A stretch of 64,000 bases of DNA from an uncultured cyanobacterium (GCA_963740315.1 CAVUDP010000003.1:416001-480000), one strand, 5' to 3'. Positions 50,011 through 62,124 are shown, numbered from the stretch's first letter. Translations and numbers: made by a program. The notes: generated by a model not told the origin, from the sequence alone.

Positions 50011-51990
50011 TTAATCTATGGTTTCGTAATCAGCTTGGACTGTACTATCCTCTTCAAAATCAAAGTTGAATTGTGGTGCGAAAGCTTCTTTTGATGCTTC
50101 GCTATCTTCAGGAATTTCAGATGATTCAGATGATTCAGATGGTTCGGATGGTTCGGATGGTTCTTCGTTGTTTCCGGTATTAACGCGACTGTATACCTCC
50201 GCGCCAATAGCAAATACAGCTTGTTGAAACTCATCCAAAATTTGCTTGAATTCTGCTACAGATATTCCGCTCTGTCGCATTGCAACTTGTAATGAAGCTA
50301 ATTTTTCATCAATAGAAGCTTTGATTTGATCGTCGATCAGATCCGCATTGCACGCCAAGCTTAATTCGTAACTGTGTAACAGAGTGTTGGCTTGATTTGT
50401 TAATTCAATTAACTCTAAGCGTTTTCTGTCTTCCTCAGCAAAGGTTTCGGCTTCCTGACGCATTTTTTCTACTTCATTCTGACTCAAACCACCTGTATTG
50501 GTAATCCGAATGGTTTGTTCTCTACCAGTACCTTTGTCTTGAGCGCTTACTTTAAGAATACCGTTAACATCAATTTCAAAAGATACTTCAATTTGCGGTA
50601 CGCCCCTCGGAGCCGGAGGAATTCCATTTAAAAGGAATTTACCCAGGCTTTTATTATCCCGCGCCATCGCTCTTTCACCCTGAAGCACGTGAATTTCCAC
50701 AGAGTTTTGTCCGTCAACTGCCGTGGAAAATATCTGGGATTTACTGGTAGGAATTGTAGTATTACGTTCTATGGTTTTAGTAAATACTTCTCCTAAAGTT
50801 TCAAGTCCCAAGGATAAAGGAGTAACATCTAAAAGTAGTAAATTATCAACTTCGCCAGCTAACACGCCAGCTTGAATTGCAGCGCCAAGCGCCACAGCTT
50901 CATCGGGGTTAACAGAGCGATCGGGGGCTTTACCATCGAAAAACTGCATTAAAGCGTTCTGTACTGCTGGAATGCGAGTCGAACCACCCACCAGAATCAT
51001 CTTTTCAATCATATCTGGTTTAAGGTCTGCATCCTTGAGAGACTGAACCATTGGTTTAACAATAGCTTGAATCAAATCGCTGCTAAGTTCTTCAAATTTA
51101 GAACGGCTAAGTTCCATTTCTAAATGTTTTGGTCCGCTTTCATTCGCAGTAATAAACGGTAAGTTGATTGAAGTACTCGGCATAGTCGAAAGTTCAATCT
51201 TTGCCTTTTCAGCAGCTTCCCGCAAGCGTTGCAGCGCCATCTTGTCGGCGGAAAGGTCAATTTTTTCTTGCTCTTTAAAAAGCTCTATCATCCATTCGAC
51301 GATACAGTAATCAAAGTCGTCTCCACCAAGGTGATTGTTACCACAAGTTGCTTTGACTTCAAATACTCCATCCCCAAGTTGCAGGATGGAAACATCGAAA
51401 GTTCCGCCTCCCAAGTCAAACACCAAAATCAACTGTTCTTCATCTTGCTTTTCCAAACCAAATGCTAAAGCCGCAGCAGTTGGCTCGTTGATGATTCGCA
51501 ATACTTCTAATCCGGCAATTGTTCCAGCGTCTTTAGTGGCTTGTCTTTGAGCATCAGTAAAATATGCCGGAACTGTGATTACTGCTTTATTAACTTCTTC
51601 TCCCAAGAAACTTTCCGCATCTTGCTTTAACTTCTGCAAAATCATCGCGGAAATTTCTTGAGGTGTGTAGTTACGTCCGCGAATTTGGACATCAACAGTA
51701 TCGTCTCTACCTTTATCACAGCTATATGGTACGCGAGTGCGTTCGTCTTGAGTATCATCCCAACGACGACCAATAAATCGCTTAATACTGTATATAGTGT
51801 TTTCAGCATTTGTTACCGCTTGGCGTTTTGCCAGAGGACCGACTAAGCGTTCGCCGCCTTTGCCAAATCCAACGATGGAGGGAGTGGTGCGTCCACCTTC
51901 TGAATTAGCAATTACAAGTGGTTGCCCACCTTCCAAAACTGCGACACAACTATTGGTAGTGCCCAAGTCGATCCCAATAACTTTTCCCAT
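50011..51990 (-). CDS. dnaK: Chaperone DnaK (Hsp70)
   Basis: [31 protein letters not shown]; acidic tail with 9-bp repeats. Confidence 0.98.
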   Translation of the reverse strand: MGKVIGIDLGTTNSCVAVLEGGQPLVIANSEGGRTTPSIVGFGKGGERLVGPLAKRQAVTNAENTIYSIKRFIGRRWDDTQDERTRVPYSCDKGRDDTVDVQIRGRNYTPQEISAMILQKLKQDAESFLGEEVNKAVITVPAYFTDAQRQATKDAGTIAGLEVLRIINEPTAAALAFGLEKQDEEQLILVFDLGGGTFDVSILQLGDGVFEVKATCGNNHLGGDDFDYCIVEWMIELFKEQEKIDLSADKMALQRLREAAEKAKIELSTMPSTSINLPFITANESGPKHLEMELSRSKFEELSSDLIQAIVKPMVQSLKDADLKPDMIEKMILVGGSTRIPAVQNALMQFFDGKAPDRSVNPDEAVALGAAIQAGVLAGEVDNLLLLDVTPLSLGLETLGEVFTKTIERNTTIPTSKSQIFSTAVDGQNSVEIHVLQGERAMARDNKSLGKFLLNGIPPAPRGVPQIEVSFEIDVNGILKVSAQDKGTGREQTIRITNTGGLSQNEVEKMRQEAETFAEEDRKRLELIELTNQANTLLHSYELSLACNADLIDDQIKASIDEKLASLQVAMRQSGISVAEFKQILDEFQQAVFAIGAEVYSRVNTGNNEEPSEPSEPSESSESSEIPEDSEASKEAFAPQFNFDFEEDSTVQADYETID

Positions 51991-52254
51991 AAAAAACGGT
52001 GTTTTTACTGATTATTTCTATAAGGCTGTAATTTTAACAACGAACTAGGTGGGACAGTTTCCCATTTATAAAACAATGTCCTATTTAAGAAACTGTCCAA
52101 ACCATTAGTAGAATCATTTCCAATTTTGTGGAAATTTTTCTTCACGATCGCTGGTAATAAAAAGCGCGGATGTGACCGATCCGAAATTGGGATGCGATGC
52201 TCGTCCGATTATTGCTAACCGAAAGCAGTTTTAGTAGGTTCGAGTGGCTACAGC

Positions 52255-52920
52255 TTAAGTATTTGCTTCCCCAGACTGCGAGTCCTCCCCAGAAGACGTA
52301 TCTTCCTTCTGGGCAGCCACCTTTACCATTGCATGACGTAACACGCGATCGCCAAGAAAGTATCCGCGTACTAACTCTTCTAACACTGTTCCTTCCGGAT
52401 ATTCATCCGTAGGTTCGCGCATTACTGCTTCATGTTCGTTGGGGTCGAACTGTTGACCTTCGGGACGCATTGGTGAAACACCCACCCGTTTGAGACAGTC
52501 TACTAGCTGCTTGTAAACGCCTTGATAACTTTTGTGAATCGCCATTTCCCCATCATTTTGGGGTTTAATGTGCGCTCGCGCTCGCTCAAAATTATCCACT
52601 ACTGGCAATAATTCTGTAATAGTGTTGCGCTTCACCTGTAGTTCTAAATCTTCTTTTTCTTTGCTCGTGCGTTTGCGGTAATTTTCAAAATCTGCCGCAA
52701 TTCGCATATACTGACTGCTACGCTCATCTAACTGCGCTTTTAAAGACTCAAATTGAGCCGTTTCTGGGGCACCAGCATTTGATTGAGCAGTCGTTGGGTT
52801 TGTAGCAGTACCATCTTCTGGATTAACCGCAGCTGAATCTGCAACGTTTGCCTCAATTGTGATTTGCGCTTTTTCATCGCCGTTAGGGTTGGAATTTGTT
52901 TGTGGAGAGTCGCTGTTCAT
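52255..52920 (-). CDS. grpE: Nucleotide exchange factor GrpE
   Basis: [37 protein letters not shown]. Confidence 0.96.
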   Translation of the reverse strand: MNSDSPQTNSNPNGDEKAQITIEANVADSAAVNPEDGTATNPTTAQSNAGAPETAQFESLKAQLDERSSQYMRIAADFENYRKRTSKEKEDLELQVKRNTITELLPVVDNFERARAHIKPQNDGEMAIHKSYQGVYKQLVDCLKRVGVSPMRPEGQQFDPNEHEAVMREPTDEYPEGTVLEELVRGYFLGDRVLRHAMVKVAAQKEDTSSGEDSQSGEANT

Positions 52921-53578
52921 TACTTGATTTACCTCTGTTAGTTCGCCGTTGGGGCACTGCTGTGTTATTTACAGATGACTGTTGACATTAAGCCATTATT
53001 TTCCAATCATTTAGGAATACTTTACAGGGTAGTTTTCCCCACCCCATAAAACAACAGCTTACAAATTTATTTACTAAGAAGGAAAGTTTAGCGTATTTAG
53101 ACGACAGAAATATTCCTCGGAAGTGGTATTACCGTCATAACGATCGCTATATTAATGACTTTCTGAAAAACGTGCTTTATAGGAATTTCTCGCTTTTAAG
53201 TGGTGTTTACCCAAGCAAAGTAAATTTATTTCACCGGAATGCACCTCTCCAAGCAAACCCAGAATAAGACAGCACACAACGAAAAAATCATCTTACTACC
53301 AAGAGAAAGCAGGTTTGTGGAGTCTTATGCAGAATTGTATATTCCAGTCAATTTATATGATTATTCTTGCCTGTTGCTCGATTTGGTAAGTTACGTACAG
53401 GACTACAACTTCTTTAATCCGCGTACACCAGAAGACAGCTAAAACGAAAAGGGCGATCGCCTTATTCATCTAATAAAAAAAATTTTAGCTAAGATTTCTT
53501 AGTTGAGATGAAAATTCTGCACCCCAGGTTGGGAATACTTGAATTGTAAGGTTTGTGCAGCATCCATCATCTCAACAT

Positions 53579-55591
53579 ATGACTCAATCGTCACAACAAA
53601 GGCGCAGTACCGCTCTGAGTGTAAAATCGGAGTTCTCGCCTTTCGGTAACAAACTTGTTCAATCTGGCTTTGTAGATAACGGTCAGATGAAGCAGGCACT
53701 TATAGAAAGCCGCAAGTCGGGTAGACCTTTAACTGAGGTCATCGAATCGATTGCAGGGCGACAACTATCACCAGAGCTACTCCGCGAGTACAAAAAGCAA
53801 CAGCTATTTGAGCTTAAAATTCTTTACGGCGTAGAATCCTTAGATCCGGAGGTTAGCCAAGTAGGCGCGACTTCGGTGGGAGGAATGATTGAGACTCTTA
53901 TCCCGGTGGATATTTGTCGTCGCCATCGCTTAATTCCATTGTCAAAACATGAAAATGAAAATCCACCTTTCGTTTTGGTAGCGATGGTAGATCCAGACAA
54001 TCTGGAGGCTTCCGACGATCTGAATCGGGTTTTACGTCCGCAAGGCTTCAGTTTGCAAAGAATGGTAATTACTCAAGAAGATTACCAACAGCTAATCAAC
54101 CAATTTTTGGATGAAATGGCTGTTAAACAGAAGCATAAAGAAAAGCAACAATCTACCGACCTCAATCAAGATTTAGAAAATCTCGATAATCTCGATTTAG
54201 AAGATGCTCCCGAAGAATCAGAAGCTGACTTAGGTTCGGCAATGAAGGGCGCTGAGGATGCGCCAATCATCAACTTGGTAAATAGAATCCTCGCCAAAGC
54301 ACTGCATGAAGGGGTTTCCGATATTCACATCGAACCTCAAGAAGAAAACTTACGCATTCGCTTTCGTAAGGATGGTGTATTGCGGGAAGCTTTTGATGCA
54401 TTACCGAAAAAAATCATTCCCGCAATTACAGCCCGTTTCAAAATTATTGCTAACTTAGATATCGCCGAGCGCCGTCTTCCCCAAGATGGACGCATCCGCC
54501 GCTTATTTGAAGGACGCAAAGTAGACTTCCGGGTAAATACTTTACCGAGCCGTTACGGAGAAAAAGTAGTACTCCGGATTCTGGATAACTCCTCAACTCA
54601 ATTGGGGTTGGATAAATTAATTACCGACCCAGAGACATTGCAAATTGTTCAAGACATGGTTAGCCGACCCTTTGGCTTGATTCTAGTAACAGGTCCCACG
54701 GGTTCTGGTAAAACAACGTCTCTGTATTCTGCCCTTGCCGAAAGAAATTCTCCCGATATTAATATCAGTACTGTAGAAGACCCGGTGGAATATAGTTTAC
54801 CGGGGATTACTCAGGTGCAGGTGATTCGGGAAAAAGGGCTGGATTTCGGTACCGCCTTGCGGGCATTTTTGCGGCAAGATCCCGACGTATTACTTGTAGG
54901 AGAAACCAGAGATAAAGAAACGGCGAAAACAGCGATCGAAGCGGCATTAACGGGTCACTTAGTATTAACTACCTTGCACACTAACGATGCTCCCGGTGCG
55001 ATCGCTCGTTTGGGAGAAATGGGTATTGAATCTTTCATGATTTCCAGTTCTTTGCTTGGAGTTCTGGCACAACGTCTGATGCGTCGCGTATGTAGTGAAT
55101 GTCGTATTGAATACAGTCCCACACCGCAAGAACTCGCACGTTACGGCTTATCGGCATCTCAAGAAGCGGATGTAATCTTCTATAAAGCCAATACTCTTAC
55201 GAACGACCAAATTCAAGAAGCCAGAACCAACAATCACCTTTGTGAAAAATGTAGCGGTATTGGCTACAAAGGACGTTGCGGTGTTTACGAAGTAATGAGA
55301 ATTACCGAACGCATCCAGGCTTTAATCAACGAAGAAGCACCAACAGAATTGATTAAAGAAGCAGCAGTAGAAGAAGGAATGAAAACTCTGCTTGCTTACA
55401 GTTTGGATTTGGTACGTCAAGGAGGCACCACCCTTGAGGAAGTCGAACGGGTAACGTTTACCGATACAGGTTTGGAAGCAGAGTTGAAAGCTAAACGTAA
55501 AAGTGGTTTGACTTGTGCAAATTGTGAAGCTCAATTGCAGCCGGAATGGTTGGATTGTCCTTACTGTATGACATCTCGCTTTCAAGATTAA
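53579..55591 (+). CDS. pilB: Type IV pilus assembly ATPase PilB
   Basis: SDIHIEP, GPTGSGKT, LRQDPD, GETRD; C-terminal Cys knuckle; start set at ATG 53579. Confidence 0.95.
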   Translation: MTQSSQQRRSTALSVKSEFSPFGNKLVQSGFVDNGQMKQALIESRKSGRPLTEVIESIAGRQLSPELLREYKKQQLFELKILYGVESLDPEVSQVGATSVGGMIETLIPVDICRRHRLIPLSKHENENPPFVLVAMVDPDNLEASDDLNRVLRPQGFSLQRMVITQEDYQQLINQFLDEMAVKQKHKEKQQSTDLNQDLENLDNLDLEDAPEESEADLGSAMKGAEDAPIINLVNRILAKALHEGVSDIHIEPQEENLRIRFRKDGVLREAFDALPKKIIPAITARFKIIANLDIAERRLPQDGRIRRLFEGRKVDFRVNTLPSRYGEKVVLRILDNSSTQLGLDKLITDPETLQIVQDMVSRPFGLILVTGPTGSGKTTSLYSALAERNSPDINISTVEDPVEYSLPGITQVQVIREKGLDFGTALRAFLRQDPDVLLVGETRDKETAKTAIEAALTGHLVLTTLHTNDAPGAIARLGEMGIESFMISSSLLGVLAQRLMRRVCSECRIEYSPTPQELARYGLSASQEADVIFYKANTLTNDQIQEARTNNHLCEKCSGIGYKGRCGVYEVMRITERIQALINEEAPTELIKEAAVEEGMKTLLAYSLDLVRQGGTTLEEVERVTFTDTGLEAELKAKRKSGLTCANCEAQLQPEWLDCPYCMTSRFQD

Positions 55592-55663
55592 CTGATAAAA
55601 GTCAGTTTCTAATAGCAACTAACCACTAACAACTAATAAACAAAAATAAGAGGAGTACAAACA

Positions 55664-56770
55664 ATGGAAATGATGATTGAAGATTTGATGGAACAATTGA
55701 TTGAAATGGGAGGTTCGGATATGCATTTATCCGCTGGTTTACCTCCTTATTTTCGTGTTAGCGGTAAGTTAACACCTATCGGGGAGGAAGCTTTGAGTGG
55801 CGATCAATGTCAAAGGCTAATTTTTAGTATGTTGAATAACTCCCAACGTAAAATCCTCGAACAAACTTGGGAATTAGATTGTTCTTATGGTGTTAAAGGA
55901 TTGGCACGTTTCCGGGTGAACGTTTATAAAGAACGCGGAACTTACGCCGCTTGTTTAAGAGCATTAAGTTCCAAAATTCCTAACTTTGAGAAATTGGGTT
56001 TACCAGATATTGCGCGAGAAATGTGCGACAAACCCAAAGGAATGATATTGGTAACAGGTCCTACGGGTTCTGGTAAAACAACTACTTTGGCGGCAATGAT
56101 CGATTTAATCAACCGGACAAAGGCAGAACATATTTTAACAATTGAAGATCCGATTGAATTTGTTTACGAACCAGTTAAAAGTCTGGTTCACCAACGTCAA
56201 CTGGGTGAAGATACAAAAAGTTTTGCCAATGCTTTAAAAGGTTCTTTGCGTGAAGATCCAGATATTATTTTGATTGGAGAAATGCGAGATTTAGACACGA
56301 TCGCTCTCGCTATTTCCGCAGCAGAAACTGGTCACTTAGTATTCGGTACTTTGCACACGTCTTCAGCAGCACAAACTGTCGATCGCATTATCGACGTTTT
56401 CCCCGCTGACAGACAAACTCAGGTGCGCGTACAGTTATCTAACTCTTTAGTCGCAGTATTTAGCCAAACTTTAGTGCCTAAGAAAAATCCCAAACCCGAT
56501 GAATTTGGTCGAGTAATGGCTCAGGAAATCATGATTATTACTCCTGCTATTTCCAACATGATTCGCGAAGGTAAAACATCTCAAATTTATTCGGCGATTC
56601 AAACTGGCGCGAAATTTGGGATGCAAACTTTGGAAAAAGTTCTTGCTGATTATGTGAAAGCAGGAACCATTTCTTTTGAAGCTGCAATGTCAAAAACTTC
56701 TAAACCAGATGAAATTCAACGTCTAATTGGTTCGGCACCCACAAACGGTAAAGCTGCTGTAAAACGTTAA
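55664..56770 (+). CDS. pilT: Type IV pilus retraction ATPase PilT
   Basis: GPTGSGKT, LREDPD, AAETGHLV, AISNMIRE. Confidence 0.96.
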   Translation: MEMMIEDLMEQLIEMGGSDMHLSAGLPPYFRVSGKLTPIGEEALSGDQCQRLIFSMLNNSQRKILEQTWELDCSYGVKGLARFRVNVYKERGTYAACLRALSSKIPNFEKLGLPDIAREMCDKPKGMILVTGPTGSGKTTTLAAMIDLINRTKAEHILTIEDPIEFVYEPVKSLVHQRQLGEDTKSFANALKGSLREDPDIILIGEMRDLDTIALAISAAETGHLVFGTLHTSSAAQTVDRIIDVFPADRQTQVRVQLSNSLVAVFSQTLVPKKNPKPDEFGRVMAQEIMIITPAISNMIREGKTSQIYSAIQTGAKFGMQTLEKVLADYVKAGTISFEAAMSKTSKPDEIQRLIGSAPTNGKAAVKR

Positions 56771-56886
56771 TATTTCAATAAATGACTAGTAGTTAGTTAT
56801 CAGTTATATTGCGATCGCTAACTACTAAGTTTTTTTCATAGTCAAAATTAAAATTTGATTTTTTTGAATTTAAAATTATATAAATC

Positions 56887-58116
56887 ATGCCAACTTTCGT
56901 TGCTCGCGTTCGCGATTCACAAGGAAAATCTAAACAAGAAAAACTTGTTGCCGACTCTTTAGCTCAAGCTCGTACTGAGTTAAGACAGCAAGGTTTTGTC
57001 ATCCAAGATTTACAAAAATTTAAAGGTTTCGATATCGGTGAAGCTCTTGATTTAACAAAACTGCAAAACAAACTTGCTACAGTTACCGTTAAAGATAAAG
57101 CTATATTTTCCCGTCAATTTGCTGCTTTAACAAATGCGGGGGTAGCAATTGTAAGAAGTTTGGGAGTACTTTCCGAACAATGCAGCAATCCTAAACTGAA
57201 AGCAGCACTTTTAGATATTAGTAGCGAAGTGCAAAATGGTGTTAACCTTTCCGATGCCATGCGAAAGCATCCTGAATGTTTTGATGGTTTGTATGTCAGC
57301 ATGATTCAAGCTGGCGAAGTCGGTGGTGTTTTGGATGAAGTTCTCAACCGTTTAGCCAAATTATTAGAAGATGTGGCTCGACTGCAAAACCAAATCAAAT
57401 CCGCAATGTCTTATCCTACTGTTGTGGGTAGTTTAGCAGTAATCATTTTTCTGGCAATGACTATTTTTCTGATTCCAATTTTTGCCAATATATTCAAAGA
57501 TTTGGGAACAGAATTACCAGCTTTAACACAATTTATGCTTTGGATAAGTGGCGTTTTGACAAGCTGGAGACTTTTCGTTCTTATTGGTATTGTTGTCGGA
57601 GCAAAAGTAGCTTTCGATATGTACTATAAAACTCCTGTAGGCACATTAAATATCGATGCACTTTCTTTAAAACTACCTTTATTTGGCGATTTAATTCAAA
57701 AATCAGCAATTGCCAGATTTAGCCGTACCTTCGGTTCTTTGACTCGTTCTGGAGTACCAATTTTAACTTCTTTAGAAATTGTCCGAGACACATCAGGAAA
57801 CCAGATAATTGCTAATGCTATTGATGCTGCCAGAAGTGAAGTTGAACAAGGAGGCATGATTAGTTTTGCATTACAAAAAGAAAACGTTTTTCCTCCTATG
57901 GCAATTCAAATGATGAGTATTGGGGAAGAAACAGGAGAACTAGATGGAATGTTGATGAAAGTTGCCGATTTCTATGAAGATGAAGTTGAGCAAGCAGTAA
58001 AAGCTCTTACCAGTGTTTTAGAACCAGTAATGATTGTGGTTATCGGTGGTATGGTTGCTGTGATTTTGCTCTCAATGTATCTACCAATGTTCGCAGTCTT
58101 TGAAGAATTAGGCTAA
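56887..58116 (+). CDS. pilC: Type IV pilus inner membrane platform protein PilC
   Basis: Two GspF domains (GEVGG, GEETG), LEP, MYLPMF. Confidence 0.95.
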   Translation: MPTFVARVRDSQGKSKQEKLVADSLAQARTELRQQGFVIQDLQKFKGFDIGEALDLTKLQNKLATVTVKDKAIFSRQFAALTNAGVAIVRSLGVLSEQCSNPKLKAALLDISSEVQNGVNLSDAMRKHPECFDGLYVSMIQAGEVGGVLDEVLNRLAKLLEDVARLQNQIKSAMSYPTVVGSLAVIIFLAMTIFLIPIFANIFKDLGTELPALTQFMLWISGVLTSWRLFVLIGIVVGAKVAFDMYYKTPVGTLNIDALSLKLPLFGDLIQKSAIARFSRTFGSLTRSGVPILTSLEIVRDTSGNQIIANAIDAARSEVEQGGMISFALQKENVFPPMAIQMMSIGEETGELDGMLMKVADFYEDEVEQAVKALTSVLEPVMIVVIGGMVAVILLSMYLPMFAVFEELG

Positions 58117-58146
58117 AAACAGTAACCAGTTATCAATTATCAAATA

Positions 58147-58560
58147 CAGGGAGTAGGGAGTAGGGAGTAGGGAGAGGGGGAGAGGGGGAGATGGGGGGAT
58201 GGGGAGATGGGGAGAGGGGGAGATGGTAAGCCCAAAACGTGCGGAGGAACACGACCGTTGAGAGAAGTGGCGCAACCCGTTACTCTAACGAGTCGTGCCG
58301 CGCTGAACACGCGGAGCGTGCGGCGAGCGGGGGAGATGGGGAGAGGGGGAGATGGGGAAGAATAACTAACTCCTAATTCATAACTTAAAACTCCTAACTC
58401 CTAACTCCTAACTCATAACTCCTAATTCATAACTTAAAACTCCTAACTCCTAACTCATAACTCCTAATTCATAATTCATAACTCCTAATTCATAATTCAT
58501 AACTCCTAATTCATAATTCATAACTCCTCACTCATAACTCAAAACTCAAAACTCCTAACT
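58147..58560. repeat. STRR tracts (GGGAGTA, GGGGAGAT, CTCCTAA/TTCATAA)
   Basis: Runs of 7-8-mer repeats, interrupted by a GC-rich insert at 58227-58328. Confidence 0.9.
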
Positions 58561-58632
58561 TTTTACTCTCAACTTCTAATCCAAAATCTAAAACAAACTA
58601 AACGCATCCGTTGTTAAAATCCAAAATTATTT

Positions 58633-59184
58633 ATGCCTGTACAAAAGTCTCAATACGAAATTAGCTTGGCGGAATATTGCAATCATTCTGCAACGGTTGC
58701 TCTTTTAAAGCAGCACCGTCCTTATTTAGAAATGGTTCCCAGTTTACGCCGCCCCGATGAAAGTTTTATTACTATTCCTCTACCAATTATCCGCATTCGT
58801 AAAACTGAAAAAGATTTACCGCAAACAACTTGTTTACCTTGCGATTTAGCTATTTTGATGTGCAATCCGGAATGGAAAATTAAAACAGGGGTTGAAATTC
58901 TTGTATTTATTCATCGCCCAGATGAAGATTTTTCTGATTTATTGGGACGATGGCGACAAACTCAAGTATGGTTGGATAAGGATTACGAGTGGTTTATGCC
59001 TCCTCGCTACAGCCATATTTTGAACGAGGGAACTAATACTGTATATCCTTTGTTCGTAGTTTTTTCAGAAACACCAGAACGGATTAAGCGTGGTTTATTA
59101 GGTTCTGAAACTCCGTTTGTCGTTCAAACCTCAGAATTAGTTTTTGATGAAGAAATGAAAGAAGAGCAACAATTAGGAAATTAG
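58633..59184 (+). CDS. Hypothetical protein
   Basis: 183-aa ATG ORF with protein-like composition downstream of pilC. Confidence 0.8.
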   Translation: MPVQKSQYEISLAEYCNHSATVALLKQHRPYLEMVPSLRRPDESFITIPLPIIRIRKTEKDLPQTTCLPCDLAILMCNPEWKIKTGVEILVFIHRPDEDFSDLLGRWRQTQVWLDKDYEWFMPPRYSHILNEGTNTVYPLFVVFSETPERIKRGLLGSETPFVVQTSELVFDEEMKEEQQLGN

Positions 59185-60009
59185 CTATCAGTTACCAGTT
59201 ACCAGTTACCAGTTACCAGTCAACGGCTAACAGCGATCGCTAAATTAATATTTTTCTTTTAAAAATAATTGAAGAATATAGACTTTATTACGAAATAAGT
59301 TATTTTTTTACTTTTTGTATAAAATAGTTAACAATTTACAACAATCATTATATTTAGTAAAAACTAGCTAAATATAATATTTTTCAAGATTTTTTGTTGC
59401 TCAATTGTCTTATAGCCTACAATTTATTCAGGTTTAAGCTATTGCAACGGTCAACTACACTCAGTAGGATGCACCATGAGCAACTTGCCGGAATATTGGG
59501 GTTTTCTACCAGGAGAAACATGATTTTTATGTTGTGCGTTAAGCGAAGCTCTACCGAAGGTAATCGCTATATTCCATTTTCTGACATTCTGACGATCGAG
59601 TCAATTACAAACAATTCAGCCCAAAGACGTATTTAAGATATTCAAAATAAAATAATCTAAATTCGTCTTTTTATGACTTTTATAGACAAAAATTAACCAT
59701 AATCATCGGCTTTCAAGATATTTTTTCTAATTTTCAAACTTACACCTTGGGGTATACGTTAGTTCTATATCTTGGGAGATAATTATTGAAGGGTGCCTAT
59801 TTTTCAGCTTGACTAATGTGCTTAGTTAAGAGAAACTTACATATAATTGAAGCAAACACTTTTACAAATAATAAGTTTTGTAAAGATTTTAAATATATTT
59901 GTTTCGGGGATGAGAAATTAATTGTTTAATGACTTAATTTCAAGCAGAGTTTTAGATTCCGCTTTATAGCAGCATAAATAAACCTCAATCAATATGGTCG
60001 ATCGAAAGC

Positions 60010-60222
60010 ATGGAGACATTAGAATTTATAATTTATCCAGATGGTAGAGTACAAGAAAAGGTGACTGGAATAGTTGGTGCTTCTTGCGCTGAAGTTACGG
60101 CAGCTATCGAAGCGCAGCTAGGAATTGTACTTAACCATCAAACAACATCAGAATATTTCGCCGCCAAGGTGTTTTCTCAGAATGATGTTGCGAATACTCA
60201 AGCAACGTTCAGCGATTGGTAG
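60010..60222 (+). CDS. DUF2997 domain protein
   Basis: PDGRVQEKVTGIVGASC...TSEYF; paired with DUF1257. Confidence 0.88.
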   Translation: METLEFIIYPDGRVQEKVTGIVGASCAEVTAAIEAQLGIVLNHQTTSEYFAAKVFSQNDVANTQATFSDW

Positions 60223-60268
60223 TTTTTCACCCAACTTAATCACTTATTCTCACTGATTCAGACCTATT

Positions 60269-60655
60269 ATGTCACACTTTAGCCAGATTAAGACTCAAAT
60301 TCGTAATATTGAATCTTTGAAAGATGCTCTCACCGATTTAGGTGTAGCTTGGAAAGATGGTTCGCATTCTTTGCGCGGATATCAAGGTATAACCCATACT
60401 GCTGAAATTGCTATCGAGCAAAACAATGGTTATGATATCGGCTTTAAGTGGAACGGATTTGAATACGAACTAGTTGCCGATTTACAATATTGGGCGCAAA
60501 ATCTTTCTGTGGAAGGCTTTTTACGTCAAGTTACACAACGTTACGCTTACAGCACGGTAGTTAAAGAAACCGCAAAAGCGGGCTTTCAAGTTAGCGAACA
60601 AAAAAGGAATCAGGATGGTTCGATTCGCTTAGTAGTACAGCGCTGGAGTGCGTAA
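60269..60655 (+). CDS. ycf35: DUF1257 (Ycf35) family protein
   Basis: MSHFSQIKT start, DIGF.WNG, ADLQYW, QRYA. Confidence 0.9.
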   Translation: MSHFSQIKTQIRNIESLKDALTDLGVAWKDGSHSLRGYQGITHTAEIAIEQNNGYDIGFKWNGFEYELVADLQYWAQNLSVEGFLRQVTQRYAYSTVVKETAKAGFQVSEQKRNQDGSIRLVVQRWSA

Positions 60656-61116
60656 TGCCTGATTTTTTGCCGCCGGAAGATGGACAAGATAATCGTTCTG
60701 GTTTGGAACCGGAATTAGGGGGTTTCTTGCGAGAAAACTCCGATCGTTCTGGTTTGGAACCGGAATTGGGCGGTGTGCTGCGAGAAACGGGCGTATATGT
60801 TGATGAAATTACTTGTATCGGCTGCAAGCACTGTGCCCATGTAGCTCCTAACACCTTCTATATCGAACCCGATTATGGGCGATCGCGCGTCATGCGTCAA
60901 GATGGTGATTCGGAAGAAGTAATTGAAGAGGCAATTGATACTTGTCCTGTCAACTGCATCCATTGGCTTGATTATAATGAACTGAGCAAGTTTGAAGAAG
61001 AACGTAAATATCAGGTGATTCCTGTAGTCGGTTATCCGGTAGAAGGTGCAGTTATTGCGACTCAACGTCGTCTAAGAAAGCAAAAACTGAAGAAGAAAAA
61101 ACCTCGTGAGTCTTAG
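60655..61116 (+). CDS. Ferredoxin (4Fe-4S/3Fe-4S type)
   Basis: CIGCKHC...CPVNCI; duplicated RSGLEPELGG N-terminal motif; TAATG overlap with the upstream gene. Confidence 0.9.
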   Translation: MPDFLPPEDGQDNRSGLEPELGGFLRENSDRSGLEPELGGVLRETGVYVDEITCIGCKHCAHVAPNTFYIEPDYGRSRVMRQDGDSEEVIEEAIDTCPVNCIHWLDYNELSKFEEERKYQVIPVVGYPVEGAVIATQRRLRKQKLKKKKPRES

Positions 61117-61144
61117 TAGAATTTAATATTTTCATTTAATATAC

Positions 61145-61173
61145 AAGGGTTGCTTTTGCAGCCCTTTTTTTTT
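61145..61173 (+). terminator. Rho-independent terminator
   Basis: AAGGGTTGC-TTTT-GCAGCCCTT hairpin followed by a T run. Confidence 0.85.
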
Positions 61174-61198
61174 AGCTGTAGAAACAGGTTTTTATAGC

Positions 61199-61329
61199 TA
61201 AGTAAGTCGGCTACGCCAAATCCTAATCAGGACAGGGAGCAGGGAGTAGGGAATAGGCAGTAGGGGTAAGGCTTTGATGCTAATTTACATTCCATTACAT
61301 AATTGTTTTTATTTGTGCCGACTTACTTA
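61199..61329. mobile_element. 131-bp MITE-like element
   Basis: Perfect 13-bp TIR TAAGTAAGTCGGC/GCCGACTTACTTA enclosing STRR heptamers. Confidence 0.65.
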
Positions 61330-61658
61330 AATTATTAAATCTTCTCATATTGATTCAGAAAGAAGCCTGGTTACTGATGTATTAATATTTACAAATAACA
61401 CATCCTTAAAAAATATTTCTACCGAAATTAAATCTAACGAGGACAACTTCTTAATTAAATTAATCTAAATCTTGAGATAAACGTTGCTAAAAAGAAGTAG
61501 CTGAAAACTCATGCTGTAGCTTGACTACGAAAAAAAAGTTTAGGGAAAATCCCTGGGGATTTAAATCGCAGAGCCAATTTGACGGTGTAAAGAATTCAGC
61601 AAATGATTTTACCCGTTTACAACTACAGCAATTGTGAGTTTTCAGCGCCGGTTAATCT

Positions 61659-61982
61659 TTAGAGATATTTCTCCAAAGTATTAGCTAATGTAGTTTTAGG
61701 TACCGCACCGACAACCATATCAACTTTTTGCCCACCTTTAAAAATCATTAATGTGGGAATACTGCGGATACCGTATTGAGAAGCAACATTGGGATTCTCA
61801 TCGGTATTAACTTTGACAACCTTGATTTGACCTTCGTATTGAGAAGAAATTTCATCTACAACAGGGGCTACCATACGACATGGACCACACCAGGGTGCCC
61901 AAAAGTCAACTAGTACAGGAACTTCGCTATCGAGTACTTCCTGCTTAAAGCTGGAGTCCGTAACTTGTGTGGCTGATGACAT
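61659..61982 (-). CDS. trxA: Thioredoxin (m-type)
   Basis: WCGPC active site. Confidence 0.98.
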   Translation of the reverse strand: MSSATQVTDSSFKQEVLDSEVPVLVDFWAPWCGPCRMVAPVVDEISSQYEGQIKVVKVNTDENPNVASQYGIRSIPTLMIFKGGQKVDMVVGAVPKTTLANTLEKYL

Positions 61983-62124
61983 ACCTTAAAACCTTATAAT
62001 TCAGATGTTTTTGATTTTTGTGAAAATTCTACCACAGCAAAAAGCACTGCCTTGACATTTGGAATATAGATTTACACAGTTAAACGGAAAATTTATTCCA
62101 AAACATATTTATTCCAAAACATAA

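Noticed and set aside
52921..53578. CIRCE element upstream of grpE-dnaK
   Set aside because: No TTAGCACTC-N9-GAGTGCTAA found by eye.
55500..55591. Extra Cys-rich tail on PilB
   Set aside because: A known feature of cyanobacterial PilB1, not novel.
59394..59636. 80-aa ORF upstream of DUF2997
   Set aside because: Weak start and no motifs; cannot be supported without homology data.
60690..60775. Duplicated RSGLEPELGG motif in the ferredoxin
   Set aside because: As I recall, typical of this cyanobacterial ferredoxin family.
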